NCBI GenBank assembly: GCA_001179505.1
Contig: CDMY01000708.1
Location: 186,001 to 250,000 of the forward strand
Direction: 5' to 3'
From: Vitrella brassicaformis CCMP3155
Lineage: Eukaryota > Protista > Chromerida
DNA length: 64,000 nt
Position 1 is the stretch's first letter; each line of letters opens with the position of its first letter. The notes under the pieces were generated by a model, which saw only the letters and a list, made by a program, of their open reading frames with translations, made no database searches and was not told the DNA's origin. The position numbers and the translations under genes were made by a program. Positions 1 to 9,958 of this stretch are shown piece after piece.

Positions 1-1495
1 GTCGCAGTGCTGCTCGGCAGCGGTGCTGCCGCGACAGGCGATGTGACAGTGGTAGAGGGCGGCTCGGGGAGACGCATCACGCTAGACGGTGAGTAGGGAC
101 GGAGGAGCCTCCCATCCCCTGCACAAATCCACGTGTCTGTGCCTCTGTCTCCGCCCGTCAGGCAGGGCGGCCCCTCTGCAGGTTGTCATCAAGGGTCCGT
201 TAAGACGCAGTCTAGAGCCATCCCGCTATGGCCCAGCTCTGCTGCCGGATGACCGACAGCAGCAGGTTGTCAATGAAGAGCTGTTTTTGAACGAGACACA
301 AGGTGAGCAAGTGCAGGCACCGACAACCCATGTGTGGGTCGATCTCCATCCATCCATGTGTGTGTATGCAGCGTATGAGGCGTTGTGGAGCAGCCGGAAG
401 ATAGGTGGCCTGGCTGACGATAAGGGAAATCTCCGCGAGACTTGGCCGAGGGTGCCTCGCTTCTACAAAATGACGGGCGACAGAAGGACTCCTGTCCTCG
501 ACGGTCAGGCGAACAAACGCCCATATTCCAAAGGCACCATCTCCGTGCGCTTGCAGATTTCCTTGTAATTCCCGTCTTTGACGGCACGAGCATCTATGAC
601 ATTCAGCGGCACACGGACCTAAATGAGAGGATGCAGCAGCCACCGCGGGAAGGACAGGCAGAGGGAGTGTCCCTTACCGTGGGCGTCTACCTGTTGCTGC
701 TGCTGACTCAGGTGGCCATAACACTGAAAGCCGATCCCGCAAACACGTGGCACCACTGCCAACTGTAAGCTAGCTTTGTAAGCTTTGTAAGTGCACTGTC
801 CGGAGGGTTGGGACAAACGTCCTTGTGCGTGTGGTTGGCTTGGCTGCTGCAGGCATCCAGACAATGTGCTGCTGCCGCGGCTGTCGGCACAAGAGCTTGA
901 AGAGAGACAACGGTCGAACCAGCCCACCTTTTACGCCAAGACCAGAAAGCACGATAACATCCCACAGGTGAGGGAAGAGACAGAGACACAGAGAGCGAGA
1001 GAGAAAGGGGCACCCACCCAACCAGTGTGTCTCGATCCCCTTGTACTGTAGGCGTTTTCTGGCTCTCTGTCCGTCAAAGAGACCATGCGGCTCGGTCTGT
1101 CCACCATATTCAAAGACGACCCCACCGAGAGCTACACCGCCTTCCCCTGCATCGAGCACCGGGGCGTCCATCCCAATGTGTTCATAGGCGACGACGCCGC
1201 GCACGTGTGCGCTTCCATTCTCAAGATGACGGACACCATGTGGCACCAACACCCTGCAAACATCGACGCCGCGCGGCAGCTGTGTGTGGACAGGGAGAAG
1301 TCGTGTCTCGCTGTGGCGGTTGACGTCTTCAATGGGACGCGGCCAGACGTGTTGCCGGCTGAGCAGGTGCAGACGGCTATCGAGGCGTATGGGAAGAAAC
1401 ATGCACAGCGGCAGGAGGGGCCTCTGCCCTGTTCCCGCGCTGGACAGCTGGCGCTGCTGCAGAGCATAAGGGACGCATTGTCCCTCATGCTCTGA
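1..1495 (+). CDS. 5'-partial multi-exon protein with a degenerate protein-kinase-like fold (probable pseudokinase)
   Basis: In-frame GT-AG splicing (e.g. CAA CT|gtaagc...ctgcag|G CAT; CCA CAG|gtgagg...actgtag|GCG) gives ...QVVIK...NEE...LVIPVFDGTSIYD...HHCQLHPDNVLL...MRLGLST..., resembling VAIK, alphaC-Glu, hinge, HRDLKPENILL and DFGLS. Stop at 1495. The kinase call rests on motif resemblance only. Confidence 0.55.
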
Positions 1496-3359
1496 CCGAG
1501 CACATGAATTGACGTCAGATGTCTTGATTTGATTCCATCGTGTGTGCGCGCCTCTGTGTCTTGTGTCAACCTGTGTGTGGGGATGGATGAGCACGGCAGT
1601 GGCAGCAGTGTGAAGTGAACGCATCGCAGTCAAATGGAAGGACGGACCGAGGAGAGAGACGGAGACAGGGATGGTTGTGACTGCCCTGACGATTGTGTGT
1701 GCAGTGCAGGTGTGGCACCTGGTGACATGTCGGTTAGAGATTCTTACAGGGAGTGATAAGTAGACACTAGGACTTACCTCGGACTACGACTTAGGCCGAT
1801 GGATGGATGGATGCCCGGGGTATGAGCGTGGGGTATGTGTGTGGCAGACGGATGGACAGATTTGCGTGTGTCCTGTCCTGCAGTCAGTCAGTGTCGCATC
1901 AGCCCATTGCATTGGCATCGCATAGCATCCAGGGTCCATCCGTCCGTCAATCCGTCCATATCAATCAAGGGTAGGTCTAAGCAGGCAGGCCCTGCACCCA
2001 CGGGGGATGGGATGGGATGCAGGCAGCCGGGGGTGGGTGGGTGGGGTCAGCAAGCAAAGAAAAACGAGTCAACCGATAGGAATCAAGCAATCAACCAAGT
2101 AATACAATGAATGCCACCGGGGGGCGACCGACAAAGCAGCCAGTCAGTCACTCTAGCTCACAGACAGCCAGACAGCCAGACGGCCATACGGCCATAGCCA
2201 TTGTATGAACTCACTGTGCATGTGACGGATCATATTCACGATAGACACGCTACATCAGTCAGTCACCACGATTGACAACACCAACCACACGCAATCAGCC
2301 ACGCCCCGCCCCGCCCCGCCCGGCTCGCCAGAACTACTTATTCCACACAGCACAACACAACACAACACAACACACGCAATTGTGTCAGATGCACACGCAC
2401 ACATCTACACTCGTCACAGACACACACACACAGACAAGAGTAGAGTAGAGTGGGTTAGATACATACAAGGGAGATACACGTTGCAAAAAGGCACGCTGTC
2501 AGGTTGTTCGACTCGCTCGGTAAGCGAGCTCACAGAGACACCAACACGATAGAGGCACACAGGCAGGCAGGCAGGCAGGCCACTCGAGTCCATCGTGGCT
2601 GGGGGGTGGTGTGTGTCGTGCAGACAGAGGGAGAGAGGGCGGTACACGACATGAGAAGGAAAACAGCATGGCAATGTATGTAATGGCACCTAAGGAGGGG
2701 TGCGTGTGGCCACAGCCGGTCGAGCAAGGCCGGCAAGTGGTTACTGACACGCACTGCACGCACTTCATGACGCGACGCGAGGACAAAACGCCAAAGAAGA
2801 AAGAAAGACAGACAGACTGAGGCGCTAAAAACAAAACGAACGGCAGGGAAGGGCCCGCCATGATCGACTCGCCATGTGCTATCTGCTATCCGTCCAGGCA
2901 GCTAGCTAGCCATTCGCGCGCCCATCACCTCCCTTCTGAGCTACCTCGCCGCTATCCACACACCATACATACCATTGCCAACAAATTACCTGCCTGCCTG
3001 CCTGCCTGCCTCCCTAGCTGATCCCTCCATCTGCCTATCATCCCCTCCTCGCCGCTCTCTGCGCACCCCTCATCATTGCAGGAGCGCCGAATTGCTGACT
3101 GACTGACAAATGCACATAACCGACCCCACACAACACGCACAAACGAGACGACAGGACGACAAGGGGCAGGTCAGGCAACACAGCACACCACACCCCGCCA
3201 CACGCGACGCCTGCGTCGCCACCCACTTTAAGGCGGCCACTCAGCTCATCTCATTCTTCGCCCGTTCTGCCCCGTCCAGCCCAGAGAGAGAGAGGGGGTA
3301 GGGTAGCGTAGAGACACAACACCCACCACCGTCCGTACGTCGGTCTGTCTGTCTGTCTG

Positions 3360-4383
3360 TCAGAAAAACGGCGAGACGTTTGTGTGGACGTGGTGTGTGT
3401 TGGTGGGCCCGAAGACGAAGGTGAATAGGATGATGATGGTGACGATGACGAGGAAGGGCAGCCAGGTCTTGACGGCGCCCTCGACGGACGTGTACTTGCC
3501 GTAGACGAGGAACCACGCGAAGATGTGGAACTGGGTCCAATTGCTGCTGCCGCGGTACTTCATGTCGTTGAGGGCCTTGGCGATGTGGTGGTGGCAGTTG
3601 TTGCACGCGAGGTTGTGCATCTCCTTGCCGAACTTGCAGTCGCTGCCGTGAACCGCTTCGTCCCAATCCTGGTCAGTTACCAGATGGCCATACACACTTG
3701 TGCACCGTGTGTGTGTGTGTGTGTGTGTCGATTTGGGTGTTTGCGTACCAGCAGAGCGTCTTGTGGCTTCAGCTGCAGATACTTTGTCGGCCTGCCGAAC
3801 GCCATGGCGTCTGAAACACAACACAACACGACACAACACAACACAGCAGGCAGGCACGTGTGCCGATAGCCACGACACCCGTGATCGGTCCGGTTTGATT
3901 GCTCACCGATGCCGATGTGATAGGGACCAGCAAAGTCGTGACACGCACCGTCAGAGGCACAGATACCTGCACACAAGACACACACACACATCAACCTCTC
4001 CACCCCGTCGCGTGTGAGAGTCGTGTCGTGTGGTCCCTCTCTATCCCCCTCCCTCCCTCTCTCCCCCCTCCCTCACCAGCGTGGCCGATGATAGGGACGA
4101 AGTAGGTGAGGAGCGGGATGGGCGTCCAGATGAGGCAGAAAGGGTAGCGGTCCCTGTCCCTGTCGTGGACGATCTCGCCCTCCTCTCCCAGGCTCCGCGT
4201 CCGGCGCGGCGTGGGCGTGAACTCTCCCTCGTAGATGCGGACGGGCACCTCCTTCATCCCGAACATCACCGGCGGCCGGCTGGTGTGTGTGTCATGGGAG
4301 GGGTGCTGCTGGTGGTGGTGGGGGAGCGCCGACTGTGAGCGGCCGAGGGGTGAGGGCAGCGCGGCCATGCCCTTCCCCCGCAT
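3360..4383 (-). CDS. TMEM222: TMEM222 / DUF778 (RTE1-like) membrane protein
   Basis: Four exons (4383-4077, 3966-3907, 3810-3749, 3668-3360) join in frame: DRYPFCLIWTPIPLLTYFVPIIGHAGICASDGACHDFAGPYHIG..MAFGRPTKYLQL..DWDEAV..HNLACNNCHHHIAKALN, the characteristic DUF778 motifs, plus a hydrophobic C-terminus. Start ambiguous (4383 or 4368). Confidence 0.9.
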
Positions 4384-4818
4384 CCGCCGCACAGAGGCGG
4401 AGGCGGAAGAGGGCTCGATGACGAATGTTCTCCCCAGGGTGACGACGCCACAGGAAAACTGACGAGATTGACGACGGGGCGAGGAAAACTGACGAGGGGG
4501 ATGTTGTGTGGGGTGAGGAAGATAAGGGAAGGAGAGTGGTTTGGTTAAGGGTTTGAAGACAGACTGCGAGCTTGCGAGCTGTATGTCGATCACGACTGAG
4601 AGAGGTCAAAAGGCAACAGGAAAGGAAGAAGACGAGTGCCGTGACGGAGGAGACTCTGTGGAGGGTCATCACGACAGAAAAATCGTGATTTGTTCGGCGC
4701 GTCGGGACGTCGATCGCATCCCTGAGCTGCGGCTTTCTGCTCATCGTGTGAAGCCGGTCGGCGGCCTTACGTGAGCCCGTGCAGCCGTGTGTTCATTCTG
4801 GAGGCAGCAAGAGGGTGT
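4384..4818. promoter_or_regulatory. Putative bidirectional promoter (TMEM222/RABL2) with a perfect 15-bp direct repeat
   Basis: Divergent ATGs at 4383 and 4819. AGGAAAACTGACGAG occurs at 4452-4466 and 4482-4496. Regulatory role is inferred. Confidence 0.4.
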
Positions 4819-6172
4819 ATGTCGGCTCCAGACACCAAGTCTGAGCCGTCAGGACAGCTATCGACGGCCCAGGGGGACACGCTGCCTGAGCCAGACCTCA
4901 AGATTATTCTTCTGGGCGACTCAGCCGTCGGCAAATCAAAGTGAGCGTCGGGAAGCCTCAAGCTTTGCTGCCCCTGCACTGCCTTGCATTGCTCTGTGGT
5001 GTGTGCGCGCCTTGTGTTGTGTCTGTCGGTGAGCAGGCTTGTGGAACGGTTTCTGCTTCAGAACTAGTAAGAAAAGCCATACACTCAATCAATGAAGGCG
5101 AGCCATAGCAGTTCGTTGGCTATGTTGTCATGTCAGCAACCCGAGGCAGCTGTCGACGTACGCGTTGACTCTCTTTCGCCATTACGAGACCATCGATGGC
5201 AAACGATACAGCGTTGGTCAGCGAGCGACGAGCCGCCCATCACATGGCATTGCACGGGAGTACTCATGGCGCCTTCGTTGTGTGGGTCATGCTATTCAGA
5301 TTTCTGGGACACTGCTGGTCAGGAGCAGTTCGATCACCTGCACCCGAGCTACTACTACAGGGCAGACGCGTGCATTCTGGTGGGCCCCAGGATGGATGGC
5401 TCACCAACGCGAGACGCACAAGGGTGCTTGTATGTATCTATCGTGTGTGTGTGTGTGTCGTGTTAATTGTGCAGGCCTTTGATTGCACGCGCAAGGGCAC
5501 CTACAAGAGCCTTGACAAGTGGTACAGGGAGCTGCGGGAGTACAGGCCTGACATTCCCTGCATACTCGTCGCAAACAAAATCGACGGTAGGCAGACAGCA
5601 CAGCACGCACATCACATCCATGCCCACCTCATCTCGTCCGTGTCGTCTGTCTGTTCCCTCTGTGGCTCAGTTGACGAGAGCGTGACGCGAAAGAGGTTCC
5701 AGTTTGCGACGAACAACAGCCTGCCCTTCTACTTCGTGTCAGCATCCAACGGCACCAACGTCGTCAGGGTCAGTCAGCACACGGCAAGAGAGACACAAAC
5801 ACACAAACATACACACAAACACACGCACACGTACATCAATCAATGCTCTCTCTCTGTTTGGCCTCCCGTTGCCTGCGGTACATACAGGTGTTCCGCGAGG
5901 CCATTCAGCTTGCGGTTCACCACCAGCTGCACCCGAAAGACGAGGTGACCTCGGAGATCCTGAGGTTACTGCGCAGCGACGACCACACCGCCGCCCCCAA
6001 CGCCCCTCCCTTCGACCCGCCCCTCTCCCCCTCCCCCTCCCACCCGTCATCACGCCAGTCGCCCCACCAGCCGCCACCAGAAGGTGGCCTGATGGGGCAG
6101 GGGCATCCCAGGGGACTGGTGTCTGTGTCGGAGTCGTCACGGGCAGGGCAGCAGTGGAGGGAAAACGGATGA
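4819..6172 (+). CDS. RABL2: Rab-like protein 2 (ciliary small GTPase)
   Basis: Spliced product MSAPD..KIILLGDSAVGKSKLVERFLLQNYNPRQLSTYALTLFRH..DFWDTAGQE..HPSYY..WYRELREYRPDIPCILVANKID..PFYFVSASNGTNVV..VFREAIQLAV. G1/G3/G4/G5 boxes plus the RABL2-typical GDSAVGKSKL and LSTYALTL. Confidence 0.92.
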
Positions 6173-7082
6173 TGATTCGCACATCACATCTGTGCGTGCC
6201 GTGCCGTGTGGGTGGCGTGACGGACACTTGGTGGTTGTGGTGATGATAAGAGAGAGACGGATGGAGTCTCGGATGGTGCGTGTCTGCCTTGTGGATGGAT
6301 GGCCGGCCATCTTTCTTGGGAGGGGAGCCTCTGTGGGTGGGCAGGGGAGGAGTGTCGGTGTACGCTCAGCTGCATTGCATGAGCTCTTTCGCGTCAGTCA
6401 GCTGCGTGATTGCGTGCGTGTACATACTTACATACATACGAATCAATCGGTAGGACTGAAGACCTTGCCACACACGCGTAGCTGAATCCTCCATGGATCC
6501 ATGGGTAGCGTGTCAGTTCACCAGCACCACAAGGAAGGCAGGCCGCACACACTTGTGCTGATCTCACCCATCCATTCGTCTCACAACGTCTGAACCGAAC
6601 CTGCCATCCACCCCATCTCTCTACTCGTTGTCTCTGGTCGTTAGGCTGTGATAGTTAGTGACAAGAAGAAGTAGGGATCACTCGCGTCTGCATACACTGA
6701 AAACACCTACCTACTCCGATATAAAATGCAGGCAACGATATGCATTCATGTCTCTTGTCAATCGGGGGACTTGCACATGCATCTCTTCATCGGCCGCCGC
6801 ACACCACGTGCATTGGTCTGCATCCATTCGCCTCACATCACCCAAGCCTCGCATGTGCGCGATAAAGGCAGGTCGAGTACTTGGAATGAAAAGAACAACA
6901 CACATGGCTGCTACCCTGGCCCAATGGAGTCCATCCATTGGATTTAAGTTGCTTCTGCCAGTACTTGCGTCGCTTGCGATCACGTCGATATAGCCATTCC
7001 GAAGCCGACTTACGGCCAAACAAGCAGCGCACAACACACAACACAAACACGAGACGCTACATGCCCTTTGGCGTGGATGCTA

Positions 7083-7640
7083 TCACTCGTCGCCCGAGTC
7101 TTCCGTCGACTCGTCCATGTCCTCGCTCTCTGAGTCGCTCTCTGAGTCGCTCATTTCCTCCTCGTCAATCTCGACCTGCAGCTCACACAGCTCCTCCAGC
7201 TCTTCCTTGGCGTCTGACGGGCTGCAAACAACACAGCCATCGATGCAATCCATGCATGCACCGTCATTCGATGGGCGCAGCTCACCTGAACTTGTCGATG
7301 TCCCTTAATGTCCCTGCAGTCGAGCATGACGGGCCCCGCCACCTTATCACCCCGCCCGCCGCTGCCCTTGACCTCCCAGAGGGTGGCCGTGAGCAAGAGG
7401 CCCTTGCCCATGTCGCCCATCACCTCCAACTCGGCCTTCTGGAACTCCCACTTGTCCCACCCCAGGCCGCCCACTTGGCCGCGAACCTCTTCACGACCGA
7501 CATTACGCGCAGCTGTCAGTTCGTCTGCTCACAGTTCGCAGGAATCAGTGCCGTCTGCTCGCCTCTTTTCGGGATGGTCGCCTTGTCCTTCCGAGCATCA
7601 TCCTCGAGCATCAGGCGAGCATCATCCTCGAGCATCAGGC
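7083..7640 (-). CDS. Putative short protein with acidic C-terminus; exon structure unresolved
   Basis: GC3-rich open segment EVRGQVGGLGWDKWEFQKAELEVMGDMGKGLLLTATLWEVK (~7490-7370) and terminal exon PSDAKEELEELCELQVEIDEEEMSDSESDSESEDMDESTEDSGDE* (7220-7083). I could not close the 5' exons without unusually short introns. Confidence 0.4.
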
Positions 7641-7665
7641 CGGGGCTCCGGCTCCAGCATCAGGC
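7593..7665. repeat. 24-bp tandem repeat (two exact copies plus one degenerate 25-bp copy)
   Basis: GAGCATCATCCTCGAGCATCAGGC at 7593-7616 and 7617-7640, degenerate copy at 7641-7665. Reads LMLEDDAR x2 on the minus strand. Confidence 0.85.
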
Positions 7666-7888
7666 TGAGTGAGGTTGCACCGGGGCGGCAGGAGGGAATG
7701 ACATCGACAAGTGAACACACGAACACAGAAGATTCTCTCGGTCTTTCGCTGGTGTGCCGGTTGTGCTATTGTGGGAGGCCCAAATTGTCTCGCATCATCG
7801 AGAATTCTCGGCAGAGGTCTCGTGCCCGTCGTGCCCTGCCGCTCGCCTTGAAGTTTCCTGTTGCCTTTCACCATCGAGACGCGAGAAA

Positions 7889-8869
7889 ATGGAAGCCGAT
7901 GCAGCGCGTGCACGTGTCGAGGCAGCTTTGCAGTCAGCGAAGCCCACAGTAGAGGCCCTGCACCAGCTGCAGACCAGCACGAGAGATAGCCTTACCGCAC
8001 TCCTGAAGCGCTTGCAGACGGCCAAGGCCAGGGAGCGTGACAAGACTGGCCACGAGCAGGGCTCGCAGACAGAGGTAAGCAAACTGCATGCATCAGCTTA
8101 CCTTGTGTCCATTGCAAAGCTGCGATTGTTCACCATGCATCTCTCTGCAGGCGGGCACCAGACTGAGTGAGACATCTGGCGCCCCTGCTGCCGAGCACCG
8201 GGACGCCGGGACGTCGCCCCTACCGTCGTCGCGCGACACACAACTCGAGCATGCATTGCAGGAGCAGACACAGGTGCGCCCAGTGCTTTTCCTCTGGCAA
8301 TGGAAATGAATGTGTTGTGCCTGTCGTCCATGCAGCTACGTGGCCGCATTGCGCGATTGGAGGCTGCCCTGGCCGCTCACAAGAGGGCAGCTGGCGAGGC
8401 TGACGGCGACCTTGCGCAGGTCAGGGCCCGCGAAGCCCAGCTACAGTCCTTCTGCAGCAGTCTGGGCCACGCATATGAGTCCAAGGCTAGCGAATGCCGT
8501 GCGCTTCGAGACATCTTGATTGCACAGCAGGACCAGCTCAAGCAAATCAAGACGGAGGAGAAAACGGCGAGGCGAAGCCACAAGGCCTCACAGACAGAAC
8601 CGACAGAATCGGCAAGCGAGATGGAGACAGTGAGAGAGGGCATCGAGTGTCTGACAGAAGATATAAAGAGCCGCATTGCGGCAGATATGAGCAGGCTGGT
8701 GAAGGGTGCGCAGAGCAGCAAAACAGCCGCTGGAGAGGGCAGGGCAAGTGGTGGTGGTGATGGTGGGGTGTCTGTGGTTGGGTTGGTTGAGCGATTGGGT
8801 GAGTTGGTGATAGCGATGGATGATGACAGGGTGATGCGCCTTGCTTCACTGACAGCACGGTCTTCATGA
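7889..8869 (+). CDS. Hypothetical coiled-coil protein (3 exons)
   Basis: MEADAARARVEAALQ..QTE|AGTRLSET..EQTQ|LRGRIARLEAALAAHK..ARSS*. GT-AG introns join in frame; composition is E/Q/A/R-rich and heptad-like. Confidence 0.7.
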
Positions 8870-9167
8870 ATGAATGAATGAATGAATCACGAAGTCACAA
8901 TGATCTATTCTGAACCCTCTCTTGTCGTCGTCCTCTATGGACGGAAACGCCAAAAACCAATGCAACGCATTCGGGCTCAGTCACTCTGATCAGACAGCAT
9001 TATCTTCCGCTTTCTCCCGAGCCCATCTGGGGCTCCCGCACACGGCCGCAGACAGACATCGGCGTCACCACCAAAAAGCCAAAACCCAAGACGAGTAAGA
9101 GAGGAAGCAGCAGCCAAGTGCCCATGAGCCGACAGGACAACGAGAGAGGGAAGGCCCCTCCTGGTCT

Positions 9168-9647
9168 TCACTTGAACTTGCTGTGCCGTGGTCCTCTGAA
9201 GATGGGTCCTCCCGGGCCGCCCCTCGGTGCGTGGTACCTGCCGATGCAGTCGGGGTTCTGGCCCAGCCAGTTGTAGTAGTAGCCGTGCTTGTGCCGCATA
9301 TTGTAATACTGCTTCTTCATCCTGCACGCACACGCACACCGCACACAGGAACACGCAAGGGAAAATTGATGATCACGATGTCCGCCCCGCCTCTCTCTCT
9401 GCTTGGTTTGTGTGTCCACTCACTTGCCTCTGTCGGCCCTTGCCGCCAGCTTCTTGGGCCTGAGCAAGAGCATCGACCACTCACGCAGCGTCATCCCCAT
9501 CGCTCCAACACCGGCAGCTATTCGCAGCACGGTCAAGCTGGGCAGCAAAGTAGTCGCCCTCGCGCACACATAGGATGGCATCGACGGGCCACGTGATGGC
9601 AGCGTGCTGGGCACGACACGGCGGATGCTTGGGCGGATCATATCCAT
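9168..9647 (-). CDS. Small basic protein (~125 aa) with a probable mitochondrial presequence
   Basis: Exons 9647-9424 and 9321-9168 (GGC AA|gtgagt..gtgcag|G ATG). N-terminus is R/S/P-rich with almost no acidic residues; C-terminal part is RPKKLAARADRGKMKKQYYNMRHKHGYYYNWLGQNPDCIGRYHAPRGGPGGPIFRGPRHSKFK. Confidence 0.7.
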
Positions 9648-9958
9648 GAGCAGGGCTGTACAGGGCTCAAGATCCCCGCTCCTGAGACGAAATCAACATT
9701 GCCATCATGCGAGCTCGTGAAAGAGGGCTGGGGGCTTCCAGTCTCGGCCCCCAGCAAGAAACGGTGTCAGCAGGACGAAGGAATGACTGAGGATCTTCGA
9801 TGACGAATTGCGTCAGGCATTATCAGCCGCTTCCCACAAAGGACATCAGTGACACCAGCTGTGACATCTTCTGGGACGTCTGTGGCTTGGCTCCCTGGTG
9901 AATCGCTGGTCATTGACGAGGACTGACCACGACAGGCACACATATTTTGTCCTCTAGT

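Noticed and set aside
1500-3300. Several 60-120-aa ORFs in the first intergenic region
   Set aside because: Their translations are dominated by microsatellite-derived residues (CVC, THT, LPAC); no motif or splice-consistent model.
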